From a virus, in IMG/VR virus record IMGVR_UViG_3300010218_000011: 64,000 nucleotides of DNA; one strand, written 5' to 3'. Numbering within the stretch: position 1 is the stretch's first letter; each line of letters begins with the position of its first letter. The notes beneath the pieces are model-generated. The model did no database searches and was not told the DNA's origin. It worked only from the letters and a program-made list of their open reading frames with translations. The position numbers and the translations under genes were made by a program. Shown piece after piece: positions 18,017 to 26,211 of the stretch.

Positions 18017-19414
18017 TTACGTGTCCTTGATTTGAACCTGTCCGTTGTTGGACTTGACGATGTTGGACTTGATCCTGATTTTCTCGTCTTCCCATTTGCG
18101 ATCAGGGGCAATCACACCGCGGCGTTGCGCTTCGGCAAAGAGCGATTCGTCCGAGAACGTGCCATCGACGTTCATGTCGCGCAGCAGTTCAAGGGAGGCT
18201 TCAGCAAGCGATGCAACGCCGAAATCGCTGAAAATTTGGATATGGCCGCCCTCGGGTTCCTTGACCCATTCAGCCATCAATTGAAGCGCCTGATCGATCG
18301 CGTCTTCTTCGTCCTGGATGATTCGCTGCAACGAACACATGCCGGCTTCGTTGTCCGAAACCGTTTGCGCAACTGTGCGGTTGCCCGGCTTGATCACCAG
18401 CAACTCGGCGCCGACCTGTCGCATCCGGTCTTCCAATGCGATCAACTCTTTCGAGCCGGCCTCGATTGCTTCGCCAGAGTGCTCGACGAATTTCATGTCG
18501 GCATCTTTGTCTTCGGCCTTCACCGCGGTTGATGCGCCGACAGTGATGGGATTGTCACCGAGCAGTTTGGCGAACAGGATCGGAACGCGAGCAATGTGCA
18601 AAATCGTTTGCTGATCCGACTTGCTCTGCCAGTGCTCGATGTTCATGTGAGCCAACTCGACCAGAGGCGGCACGCCCTGCATGAATCCGATGCGTCTGCC
18701 GTAAACCGGCACGAACGGGATTTTCTGGAGCGATGTCACGCCCTCGGAGTGCAGAATCCATTCCTTTTTGCCGGATACATCGGCCTTCTCAGATTCGCGC
18801 CAGATTTGCCATCTTCCGGGATAGAGTACGCGCACCTGCTCGATCTCGGTCTCGCCGAAATCGCCATCCGGGACCGCAACGACTTCGAGAAACCGGAGTT
18901 GCGTTAGCGTCTGAATGCCATTTTGACGTTCCGTACGCCAGCCCAGGATGCTCTGTGCGTGGATGTGGACGAAGTATGGGCGAACGCCAGCAGCAGCCTC
19001 GTCGGCCTTCGTGCGCAGACCTTCTGCTGTCGGGAAATCGACCAGGATGCCGCACAGGCCGTACGAAATCGCATGGAAACAGACTGCCGCAGCGAACGCG
19101 TGCAGGTTATGCCCCTGCAGATCGATGTTCTCGCTCCACTCAACGATGCGCGAAGGCACATCATCATCGAACGTGACCGGCTTCGAGAACGGCTTGCCGG
19201 TCAGAACCTCGCACGTGCGACCGAAAGCGGGGAAGAGAGTAGCCGTCGATACGCGATTCTTGTACGCGTCGTCATCCTCATTCGGCCATTGCGGAAGATA
19301 CGTCGCGCCAGCCTTGCGCATAGCCGTCGTGCCACCGAGTAGCGCGGTGATGATCGGATAGTCCTCCGACATCACTTCGACTGCAGGGGTTTGGTCTCGG
19401 ACGGTCGATGCCAT
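18017..19414 (-). CDS. Portal protein
   Basis: 465 aa immediately after the terminase block and before the scaffold and coat genes. Confidence 0.8.
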   Translation of the reverse strand: MASTVRDQTPAVEVMSEDYPIITALLGGTTAMRKAGATYLPQWPNEDDDAYKNRVSTATLFPAFGRTCEVLTGKPFSKPVTFDDDVPSRIVEWSENIDLQGHNLHAFAAAVCFHAISYGLCGILVDFPTAEGLRTKADEAAAGVRPYFVHIHAQSILGWRTERQNGIQTLTQLRFLEVVAVPDGDFGETEIEQVRVLYPGRWQIWRESEKADVSGKKEWILHSEGVTSLQKIPFVPVYGRRIGFMQGVPPLVELAHMNIEHWQSKSDQQTILHIARVPILFAKLLGDNPITVGASTAVKAEDKDADMKFVEHSGEAIEAGSKELIALEDRMRQVGAELLVIKPGNRTVAQTVSDNEAGMCSLQRIIQDEEDAIDQALQLMAEWVKEPEGGHIQIFSDFGVASLAEASLELLRDMNVDGTFSDESLFAEAQRRGVIAPDRKWEDEKIRIKSNIVKSNNGQVQIKDT

Positions 19415-19419
19415 GTGGA

Positions 19420-19593
19420 TTACTTGTGTTTGAACTTGCGAGCGTTAATCGCGAATTGGGCCTCACGGCGCAGCGTCGGATTCTTCGAGCGCGCGGCTTT
19501 CTCTTCCTTACTCAGCGGAATCGGTTGACCCGCTGGCACGCCGAGCGCCTTGTGCAATTTGCCCTTATGAGAGGACTTGATTTTGATAGTCAT
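19420..19593 (-). CDS. Small Lys-rich basic protein
   Basis: MTIKIKSSHKGKLHKALG...; ATG 2 nt after the upstream stop. Confidence 0.4.
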   Translation of the reverse strand: MTIKIKSSHKGKLHKALGVPAGQPIPLSKEEKAARSKNPTLRREAQFAINARKFKHK

Positions 19594-19595
19594 GC

Positions 19596-19841
19596 TCAGC
19601 GAACCTCCGTGCGCGTACCGTCCGCGCATTCGTACACGTAGACCTCTTCCGGCCGGAAGCAGGCTTTGCCGCAGTAGACCCGCCGATCCGTGGGCGCATC
19701 GGTCAGCAGTTGGCATCCGTGCGACTTGAGAAACGCCTGATGCTGCCTATCGTGGTGGATGCCAATCCCCAGCATTGCAGCGATCAGCAGGGCAATCAGG
19801 CCGTAACCGATGGTTTCCGGCTCACGCAGCCAGTCGTTCAT
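19596..19841 (-). CDS. Small membrane protein
   Basis: 81 aa with one hydrophobic helix (IGYGLIALLIAAMLGIGI); GGAAGG Shine-Dalgarno. Confidence 0.5.
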   Translation of the reverse strand: MNDWLREPETIGYGLIALLIAAMLGIGIHHDRQHQAFLKSHGCQLLTDAPTDRRVYCGKACFRPEEVYVYECADGTRTEVR

Positions 19842-19848
19842 ACCTTCC

Positions 19849-21117
19849 TTATGCGCGCAGGCCGGTTACGGTTGCGGTGCGTTTGACGATCGGCCAGTTC
19901 TTCACGATGAAATAGCCCTGGGCGTCAATCACGTGATCAATTCCGCTCGACTTGTCCGGCATACCGTGCTTGTCGTACGCCTGCTGCTCAAGCGCTTCAG
20001 TCAACTTCGGGCAACGATGTGTGTTGACCTTGAATCGCCGCTCGCCCTTGTCGTTTTCAATCACGGCGTTGACGGCGTTGACGCGATCTTTGATAGCTGG
20101 GTTCGTCGAATTCACGCGGATAGCAAAACCCGCCTGTTTCAGGATCGATAAATCCGACTCAGAGGCATTCTTGCTGCTCGTGTTCTGCCCGCTTGCGTCG
20201 GGATATACGGTGATGCTGCGATCCGGAAAGCGCTCTTTCAGCAACTTGGCTAGCGTCGGCGTATCTCGCACATCAACTAGCTCATCCACCGCGAACGGAA
20301 GACCACCCCTAATGACGTTGATCGGGCAGGCGACGTGATTCACATTGAAGTCGACGCCGGCATGAATCGGCTCGCCGCCGTCCAGCACTGCATCCGTGTG
20401 ATTGAGCTCGCGGTCAAAATCGGGATATACAGCGCCGCTCGTCAGATTGACAAACCGACCGAGCAGGTAAGCCTCGATTAGTTGGGGCGGGTATGACGCC
20501 CGCAGCGTTTCAACGTAATCGTCAGCCAGGAATGGATTCGAGATGGTCGGTGCCTGCACCATCACGTAGCCGGGCTTCGGCTCCTTCACCCAGGTTTCAT
20601 GGGCAAAGGAGAACCCTTCTGGAGTGGTGTAGGCCGATACACGATTGAACGGTTTCGCGACTCCCTTCGGCTTCTGGCGGTTACGCGCGATGACCTTTCG
20701 CCATGCCAGCGTAGCTTGAACTTTCTTCAGCGTGTCGATCTCGTCGACGTGTGCTCGATACGACTCGTAACCGATGATCCGGGCCGGATTCTCAAGCGTG
20801 CGCATCACGAAGTCGCCGCATTGCGACGAACTCGTGTAGATGATGTTCTCTTGCTTGTTGTACTTGTACCGGATGCCGAGGGCCGAAAGCTTGTCCTCCA
20901 TTCGCGGCGCCAAGATCAGACGCACTAAGTCGTATGTCGGCTCGTACAGGGCAATCAGCGCATCGGACGATTCGAGGGCGTCACGAACGGCGCAATTAGC
21001 GAGCGTTTCCGTTTTGCCGACCCCGAAGCCGCCACAGAACAAGGGGAACTTGGCATCCAACCCGAAAAACTCAGCCTGCGGCTCCGTCATCTGAAACCGG
21101 ACTGTTCTTCCTTGCAC
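19849..21117 (-). CDS. terL: Terminase large subunit
   Basis: Walker A GGFGVGKT, Walker B-like AHVDEID, C-terminal nuclease-like half; start may be the internal MTEPQ. Confidence 0.85.
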   Translation of the reverse strand: MQGRTVRFQMTEPQAEFFGLDAKFPLFCGGFGVGKTETLANCAVRDALESSDALIALYEPTYDLVRLILAPRMEDKLSALGIRYKYNKQENIIYTSSSQCGDFVMRTLENPARIIGYESYRAHVDEIDTLKKVQATLAWRKVIARNRQKPKGVAKPFNRVSAYTTPEGFSFAHETWVKEPKPGYVMVQAPTISNPFLADDYVETLRASYPPQLIEAYLLGRFVNLTSGAVYPDFDRELNHTDAVLDGGEPIHAGVDFNVNHVACPINVIRGGLPFAVDELVDVRDTPTLAKLLKERFPDRSITVYPDASGQNTSSKNASESDLSILKQAGFAIRVNSTNPAIKDRVNAVNAVIENDKGERRFKVNTHRCPKLTEALEQQAYDKHGMPDKSSGIDHVIDAQGYFIVKNWPIVKRTATVTGLRA

Positions 21118-21601
21118 TCACAACCTCGATTTCGATCTTCGTGACTGGCGCGTCATTAGGCGGCGCATCCTTGCTCAGTTCGGCCCGCGTCTTCTCCAAC
21201 ATCGCAATGCGCGCCGTCAGCCGATCAATCAGGCCGGCGTAGTCGCGGACCTTGTTGTGGCGCTCGTACTTGGCTGTTACGTTCTCGGCCCCATCGCGCT
21301 CGACCTCGCTATCCAGTTCAGCCGTATCGGCGCGCTCATCTTCAAGCCGTAGCGCGCGCATCAACCGAATGCGGGTAAGGCGAATCTCTTCGTCGACTGA
21401 GCCAAGCGTGAGAGAGGCGGCAATGCGCTTCTCTTCGGGCGTCAGGTAGGCGCTATAGAGACCGCCTGGCTTTGCGGCGTACTTGTTGCCTTTCTTTGCT
21501 GGCTTGTTATTGCCGCCGTGCAACTTGCAGCGCTTGGCTCCTACCGAGGCGTGGCGCTTACATGGTTGACCATTGCGGCCTTTAGCTCCGCACAGGGCCA
21601 T
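21071..21601 (-). CDS. Putative terminase small subunit
   Basis: 176 aa, basic Cys-containing N-terminus, coiled-coil C-terminus, directly upstream of terL. Confidence 0.45.
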   Translation of the reverse strand: MALCGAKGRNGQPCKRHASVGAKRCKLHGGNNKPAKKGNKYAAKPGGLYSAYLTPEEKRIAASLTLGSVDEEIRLTRIRLMRALRLEDERADTAELDSEVERDGAENVTAKYERHNKVRDYAGLIDRLTARIAMLEKTRAELSKDAPPNDAPVTKIEIEVVSARKNSPVSDDGAAG

Positions 21602-21695
21602 GCCAATACCTCATTCATGGGGGAGTTTCCGTAGATGTGGCAATCCCGATTCAATCAATCCGGCACAGATTGCAGATAAACCCCGTAAATACCGC

Positions 21696-21723
21696 TTGCA
21701 ATACGGCACAATGTGCCTATAAT
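21696..21723 (+). promoter_or_regulatory. Near-consensus sigma70 promoter with a palindromic operator in the spacer
   Basis: TTGCAA - 16 nt - TATAAT; the spacer contains the perfect palindrome GGCACA-A-TGTGCC (21705..21717). Confidence 0.6.
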
Positions 21724-21770
21724 CCTACTCATGCCGCCACGCAACGTGGAAGGCGAACCCGGAGAAGATC

Positions 21771-21944
21771 ATGAACGCAGGCCAACTCGTCGCCTACATC
21801 GCAAAGCACAGCATCACCGCCCACATTGGCCGCGACGGAAAGATCGTCGCTGAAGCCGTCTACTGCAAGGATGGTGTTGCTTTCAGCGAAATCGAAACGA
21901 TCGAGCCGACGCTCCAGGCTGTTCGTGACTGGCTCGGCTATTAA
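21771..21944 (+). CDS. Hypothetical 57-aa protein (moron gene 1)
   Basis: MNAGQLVAYIAKHSITAHIGRDGKIVAEAVYCKDG...; GGAGAAG 4 nt upstream; opposite orientation to the late genes. Confidence 0.5.
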   Translation: MNAGQLVAYIAKHSITAHIGRDGKIVAEAVYCKDGVAFSEIETIEPTLQAVRDWLGY

Positions 21945-21957
21945 TCGGATCGCAGCC

Positions 21958-22098
21958 ATGGTCACTTTCGGCGCCTTCCTCAACGGCAAACTGGTTTGCA
22001 CCATCACCGTCGACCCAAACAAGCCGCGAGACGTTGAAAGCGCTTTGCGCTGCCTTCGCAACTCGTACCCCGAAGCAATCATCTATCGCAAACTATGA
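21958..22098 (+). CDS. Hypothetical 46-aa protein (moron gene 2)
   Basis: MVTFGAFLNGKLVCTITVDPNKPRDVESALRCL...; ATGA overlap with the next gene. Confidence 0.4.
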   Translation: MVTFGAFLNGKLVCTITVDPNKPRDVESALRCLRNSYPEAIIYRKL

Positions 22099-22352
22099 GC
22101 ACGCCAAACGCCAGCCTGCACGCTCCGCACCCTGATACGGTGCGCAACCTCGTCAAGCGTATCAACAAGTCTCAGCAGTGGATCGCCAACCGAATCGGCA
22201 TCAGCGAACGACGTTTGCGCTATCTGATCGCCGGCACGCGCGATATTGAAGGTAGACAGACCGATGTGCTTCTCACCTACCCGGAGCAGTTCGCGCTCGA
22301 AGAGCTGGCGTCTGCTGCGGAAGTCATGCGCATGAAGACGGATGGCAATTGA
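22095..22352 (+). CDS. XRE-type helix-turn-helix protein (moron gene 3)
   Basis: 85 aa with SQQWIANRIGISERRLRYLIAG helix-turn-helix. Confidence 0.65.
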   Translation: MSTPNASLHAPHPDTVRNLVKRINKSQQWIANRIGISERRLRYLIAGTRDIEGRQTDVLLTYPEQFALEELASAAEVMRMKTDGN

Positions 22353-22506
22353 GCGAGACTAGATACGAGTCGCCACAGCCGCGCACAGCACGGCGTAAGC
22401 GACGGCCAAAGCGGTTTGGTAGGTCATCGCAGCCTCGAATTTGATGCTTGCCGAGTAGATTTCACTCTTCAGCCCAGCGATTCGGTTTAAGAACGCTGCG
22501 CGAAAC

Positions 22507-22582
22507 TGGCTGTCTCGGGAGGGTTCGAACCTCCGACCGGGTGATTAACAGTCACCCGCTCTACCTGCTGAGCTACAAGACA
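22507..22582 (-). tRNA. tRNA-Asn (anticodon GUU), phage-encoded, CCA encoded
   Basis: Hand-folded cloverleaf: acceptor TGTCTTG/CGAGACA, D arm GCTC-AGCAGGTA-GAGC, anticodon arm GGTGA-CTGTTAA-TCACC, T arm GGAGG-TTCGAAC-CCTCC, G73, CCA. Confidence 0.9.
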
Positions 22583-22583
22583 A

Positions 22584-22607
22584 TATAAAAGCGCCGCCGA
22601 AGCAGCG
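22584..22607 (-). terminator. Hairpin plus U-run between HNH-AP2 and the tRNA
   Basis: Minus strand CGCTGC-TTCG-GCGGCG followed by CTTTTATAT, ending 2 nt before the tRNA 5' end. Confidence 0.45.
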
Positions 22608-22643
22608 AATCCGGTGAGGACCGAGGAGGAGATGGGGTGAGAT

Positions 22644-23138
22644 CTAGGCGTCAGGGGTATTTCTTGCTCCGAAGACCCCGTGATATTTCCGTGATGCCGC
22701 ATCATAAGCGAGCGCCGCCAAGGCTGGGTCTTTGTAGCTCCCGAGCCGCATGTGCTTGCCGTCGACCCAAATCTGAGCAATGTAATTGTTCCGGCGCGGA
22801 TCAAAGCATACGCCACGGGGAAGGTCTCGTTCTGGCAATCGTGAATTGCACATATTCTGCGATCGAGTGGCGACCCGGAGATTAGCGCGCTGATTATTTA
22901 GACCATCATGATCCCAATGATCAACGTCATAACCTTTCGGCATTCCGGTGATTTGCCGATGCATGAAGATCGTTATGCGCGTTCCGTCTTCTCTGCGCCC
23001 ATTGCGCTGAGCGTAAAATTTATCCGAAATGATCTTGTTCGGGTATCGCTTCACGTACCACGTGAATTCGTTCAGCGCATCGAAATCAGCATCATCCACC
23101 AGGATGCGCTCGCCCTTACGGGTGAAAATCTCAGCCAT
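22644..23138 (-). CDS. HNH endonuclease with AP2-type DNA-binding domain
   Basis: ..YDVDHWDHDGLNNQRANLRVATRSQN.. (HNH_3-like), then GVCFDPRRNNYIAQIWVDGKHMRLGSYKDPALAALAYD (AP2-like); start taken at MAEIF. Confidence 0.75.
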   Translation of the reverse strand: MAEIFTRKGERILVDDADFDALNEFTWYVKRYPNKIISDKFYAQRNGRREDGTRITIFMHRQITGMPKGYDVDHWDHDGLNNQRANLRVATRSQNMCNSRLPERDLPRGVCFDPRRNNYIAQIWVDGKHMRLGSYKDPALAALAYDAASRKYHGVFGARNTPDA

Positions 23139-23223
23139 ATTGCCTCGCTCAGAAGGCGCTCGAATTGGTCGATACGGCACCGCGCGAGCTACGCGGGCTT
23201 CGGGTGCCCCCTAGCCGTATCGT

Positions 23224-23262
23224 GGAAAAGCAAAAGCCCCGCGAGCGTTAGCTGGCAGGGCT
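23224..23262 (-). terminator. Imperfect hairpin plus U-run upstream of HNH-AP2
   Basis: Minus strand CAGCCC..GCCAGC-TAAC-GCTCGC..GGGGCT followed by TTTGCTTTTCC. Confidence 0.4.
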
Positions 23263-23822
23263 GTAAATATGAAAATGGATTGAGGGCGTCCGCTACCGCA
23301 AGCACTTAAAGGCAAACGCGGTCATCGCGGCGGCACAATCTATAGAGCCACATCAATGCGGCTATGCACGCGGCCCAATCTAGCGGGCGGCACCTGCGCG
23401 TGCGTGAAGATTTCGATTGTGGCTGTCACCCTCGCCACAGCCGCCCATTAGGGTTGCGACGCGTCGCCGGCTGTCGTGAAGGCCCGAGCTTCGCACTCGG
23501 CTGCCGGCTTGCGTACCGGAGCTTTCCTCGTTGAGGATGTCCGGAGCCGATCCCGGATCGACACGAACCCGCGCATTTAAGCGCCAGCGGACGAGCGGCT
23601 TACGCTTCACCCCCATCCAATCGTTGCAACCCGTACGCCCTTAAGGCGCGTTTGACCCGCAAGGGCAGTCTCAGCGATTGGATCGGGGGCCTCGTTTCGT
23701 GAGGCGGACGGCGCGTACTGCTGCGCACCCATTCGTTTTCGGTTTGGTGGGCCTCACAGCATCCCGGTCTGCCGGCTGCTGCCCGCTTTCCCTCTTTGCC
23801 CGGTCTCTGCTCCCGGTATGTC
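23263..23822 (-). ncRNA. About 560 nt palindrome-rich non-coding segment in the late-operon leader (function unknown)
   Basis: Only Arg-rich shadow ORFs on either strand. Many hairpins and palindromes: GGCTGT-N10-ACAGCC 23421..23442, GCGACGCGTCGC 23456..23467, CCGAG-N7-CTCGG 23484..23500, CGATCC-C-GGATCG 23548..23560, GTTGCAAC 23623..23630. Confidence 0.3.
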
Positions 23823-24011
23823 CTAGTGTCGCGTCGCGAATGCCGCATCGCTTGCTTCTTGTGGCGTCAGGCCGGCGCGATAGTACGAAACCATTAGGTT
23901 GTACATCGCCTCGGTCGGCCGCCAAGGCGGCACGATGTGGCCCGCGTAGACAGCCTGATCCATTGCGGCTTGCGTCCAAAAGCGCAGTTGCTCGGTTTCG
24001 GCTTCGCTCAC
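23823..24011 (-). CDS. Hypothetical 62-aa protein
   Basis: GTG start in a GTGA overlap with the upstream ORF; VSEAETEQLRFWTQAAMDQAVYAGHIVPPW... Confidence 0.4.
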   Translation of the reverse strand: MSEAETEQLRFWTQAAMDQAVYAGHIVPPWRPTEAMYNLMVSYYRAGLTPQEASDAAFATRH

Positions 24012-24289
24012 TTGAACAGCGCCTCGATAGCCTGCCTTGCTGCGCTCGGGGCGGTGCGCTCGTCTTCGCCGCCGGAGAACAAGGCTTCGGCGCGCCGTCT
24101 GGCGACGCTCCAGTCGTCTTCCCATCGGCGGGGGTACTCGGGCAGGGGGCTGTTGCGCACGTCCTGCCTGCGGGTCTCCTGCAGCTCTTGGCGCTCTTTG
24201 GCCTTGCGTTGCTCTCGGCCCTGCTTTTCGGCGTAGGCATCCATGGGGTCGCGGCCAAACGCGCGCGATTGGAAGGTAATGGACGCCAT
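24008..24289 (-). CDS. Hypothetical 93-aa charged protein
   Basis: First ORF after the PR'-like promoter and terminator. Confidence 0.45.
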   Translation of the reverse strand: MASITFQSRAFGRDPMDAYAEKQGREQRKAKERQELQETRRQDVRNSPLPEYPRRWEDDWSVARRRAEALFSGGEDERTAPSAARQAIEALFK

Positions 24290-24304
24290 GGGGTCACCTG
24301 GAAA

Positions 24305-24337
24305 TGCAAAAACCCGCGAGGCGCGAACCTGGCGGGC
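24305..24337 (-). terminator. tR'-like intrinsic terminator downstream of the Q-like gene
   Basis: Minus strand CCCGCCAGG-TTCGCG-CCTCGCGGG (one mismatch) followed by TTTTTGCATTT. Confidence 0.55.
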
Positions 24338-24426
24338 TTGGGGAATTTCAGAGCGAGTTAGACCATCGCTGTGTAAAACTTAGTGCCGTTTCCGGCGGTC
24401 AACCGATTTATGGCGACCCGGGGATT

Positions 24427-24454
24427 AGCATACACCATATCTAGTGGTGTGCAA
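24427..24454 (-). promoter_or_regulatory. Candidate late (PR'-like) promoter
   Basis: Minus strand TTGCAC - 16 nt - TATGCT, 90 nt after the Q stop; inverted repeat ACACCA-N7-TGGTGT (24432..24450) spans the spacer and overlaps both hexamers by 1-2 nt; about 100 nt upstream of the terminator. Confidence 0.4.
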
Positions 24455-24541
24455 GCGGTTTTCACAAGGCTTAGTGCGCCACCTCAATTCTTGGTCCTAT
24501 CTGTATCGGAAATCCAACATCAACCCCGAGCGTTCCCATCA

Positions 24542-25051
24542 TCACGCCGTCTCCCGCAAAAGCTCACGAACACGACCGCCGGCCGCCGAGATCGATCCCG
24601 TCAAACATCCCATCACGCGATCAAAGTTGCGCTGATGCTTGCTGAATCCTTCCACCGGCAGACCCGCTGCTAATGCGCGCTCCGTGTCGGAGTAACGCTT
24701 GACGCCGGTTCCGCCGCACTTATTGCATCGGCTTGTGTGGCTCGATTCGTCCGTATAGCCCGTACCGTGGCATGTGCCGCAGTTGTCGAACGCGAATTCC
24801 TTGATGCACGCCGTTGCCAACTTGCGCGCGTAAGAGAGTTCGCCGCCCATCTGACACCTCGCTTTGTGCGCCAACAGATGCAATGCGCGCTCGCCCGCCT
24901 GTCGATCATGGGCGTACTTGAACCGGAATAGGGCGGACCCGAGTGCGTCCGACATGCCAAGCGCCGTAATGCGATCGATGGCCTTTTGCTCGCGCTCATT
25001 CCATGCGAGGTTTGAGCTTCGAACATCAGTTGCAATCTTCTCTCGAATCAT
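24542..25051 (-). CDS. Late-gene antiterminator, Q (phage 82 type)-like
   Basis: 169 aa with twin CxxCxGxG motifs (CGTCHGTG, CNKCGGTG) as recalled for Q82-family proteins; last gene of the early operon, followed by a promoter plus terminator. Confidence 0.65.
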   Translation of the reverse strand: MIREKIATDVRSSNLAWNEREQKAIDRITALGMSDALGSALFRFKYAHDRQAGERALHLLAHKARCQMGGELSYARKLATACIKEFAFDNCGTCHGTGYTDESSHTSRCNKCGGTGVKRYSDTERALAAGLPVEGFSKHQRNFDRVMGCLTGSISAAGGRVRELLRETA

Positions 25052-25101
25052 CGCGAACCCCTATAAAAACAGCAAAGATATTATACACTTAGGACTACTG
25101 A

Positions 25102-25419
25102 TTACTCGCTCTTAACGCCGTATTTCGTCTGCTTTTCTAGCGCCCTTTCGCACGCCTTGCAGCGCGGATAGTTGCCGGGAAGGAAAAGACCGGCCTCTCT
25201 CGCGTAGGCGCGCCCACACAAAGAGCGGCGGGTGTCTGCATACTCATCGGTGAACCAGTGCGCCTTGTCGCCTCCGAATATCTTGAGTGCCCACTGAGGA
25301 AAGCCGCGCCCCTCGGCAGGGCCACCACCGATAAAACCGGTCTTGATCGAGCCATCGAGCCAGACGACGGGCTGCATCTCGCCGGGGATAATAGGCGTGA
25401 GGCGAGTAACGCCCTTCAT
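25102..25419 (-). CDS. Hypothetical protein
   Basis: 105 aa from MKGVTRL; ATGA overlap with the upstream ORF. Confidence 0.5.
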   Translation of the reverse strand: MKGVTRLTPIIPGEMQPVVWLDGSIKTGFIGGGPAEGRGFPQWALKIFGGDKAHWFTDEYADTRRSLCGRAYAREAGLFLPGNYPRCKACERALEKQTKYGVKSE

Positions 25420-25706
25420 CGCTCTTCTCCCGTAACGCCATACATATAAAGCGGTGGATGCGGCTCCTGCTCGGCCGCCCGCGCAACGTCCCAATCGGTG
25501 ACAGGCGTCTTTACGGATAGGCTGCGCATGCGGTCGTCGTCTAGCGCCGTCGGTTTTATTGGCGACTCCCGTAGAAACGGCGGCAATCCAGCGCGGCAGT
25601 CGAACAAATCAATCTTATCTGCGTGCGGCGCTTTCGCTCCACGTACGATCAGGATGGCAACGGCAGCGGTCAGAAAGATGCCAGCGAAGAAGGCGAGGGC
25701 GATCAT
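25416..25706 (-). CDS. Small membrane protein
   Basis: 96 aa from MIALAFFAGIFLTAAVAILIV (one TM); GGAG Shine-Dalgarno. Confidence 0.5.
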   Translation of the reverse strand: MIALAFFAGIFLTAAVAILIVRGAKAPHADKIDLFDCRAGLPPFLRESPIKPTALDDDRMRSLSVKTPVTDWDVARAAEQEPHPPLYMYGVTGEER

Positions 25707-25714
25707 GTTGGCTC

Positions 25715-25900
25715 CTAATGCCCGCAACATTGTTGATCCCGCTCGCGCGTCGAGCCGCAAGATAGGCACGTCACGAGCTCGTACTTATCGCGCTCGCAGG
25801 CCATGAATGCGTGGCCGTGCTCGTCGACATGTAGTTCCGATCCGGCAATGGATGGCTTGGTCGGCATACGGGCCTGGCATCCGTCGCATTGGTTCAGCAT
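25715..25900 (-). CDS. Small Cys-rich (zinc-ribbon-like) protein
   Basis: 61 aa with CDGC...CLSC. Confidence 0.45.
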   Translation of the reverse strand: MLNQCDGCQARMPTKPSIAGSELHVDEHGHAFMACERDKYELVTCLSCGSTRERDQQCCGH

Positions 25901-26211
25901 GATTGTTCCTTCGGTGAATTCTTAGCCGCAAAGAACGCCCAACCGATAAACAAGGTGATCGGAAGCGCTACGAACCCGAAGTACAGCAGCGCGCCCGCTA
26001 CGACCATCGAACTAAGAAAGTCGTAGAAGCGGCATACGACCGGCGCCGGGATTTGATCCTCCCCGAACATCACGGAACCGATGTGCGCCCCCGCGCAAAA
26101 CCACAGCCAGCATTCGAGAAATGTCTTGGCGCCGTGAATACCCTTTACCTGCCATAGATACAGTAGCGCGGCTAGGAAAATATCGAACAGCACCATTCGC
26201 GTTAGTTTCAT
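25894..26211 (-). CDS. Multi-pass small membrane protein
   Basis: 105 aa with 3-4 hydrophobic helices. Confidence 0.5.
   Translation of the reverse strand: MKLTRMVLFDIFLAALLYLWQVKGIHGAKTFLECWLWFCAGAHIGSVMFGEDQIPAPVVCRFYDFLSSMVVAGALLYFGFVALPITLFIGWAFFAAKNSPKEQSC

Noticed and set aside
22359-22427. 22-aa hydrophobic minus-strand ORF (MTYQTALAVAYAVLCAAVATRI) downstream of the tRNA, possibly a type I toxin-like peptide.
   Set aside because: It is too short, has only a weak ribosome-binding site and has no supporting antisense-RNA features. It cannot be distinguished from chance.
23671-24361. Overlapping 212-aa (minus) and 227-aa (plus) ORFs downstream of the Q-like gene.
   Set aside because: They are extremely Arg/Pro/Ala-rich, with no Shine-Dalgarno sequence. 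They span a promoter and terminator pair as well as smaller, better-supported ORFs, so I treated them as non-coding.
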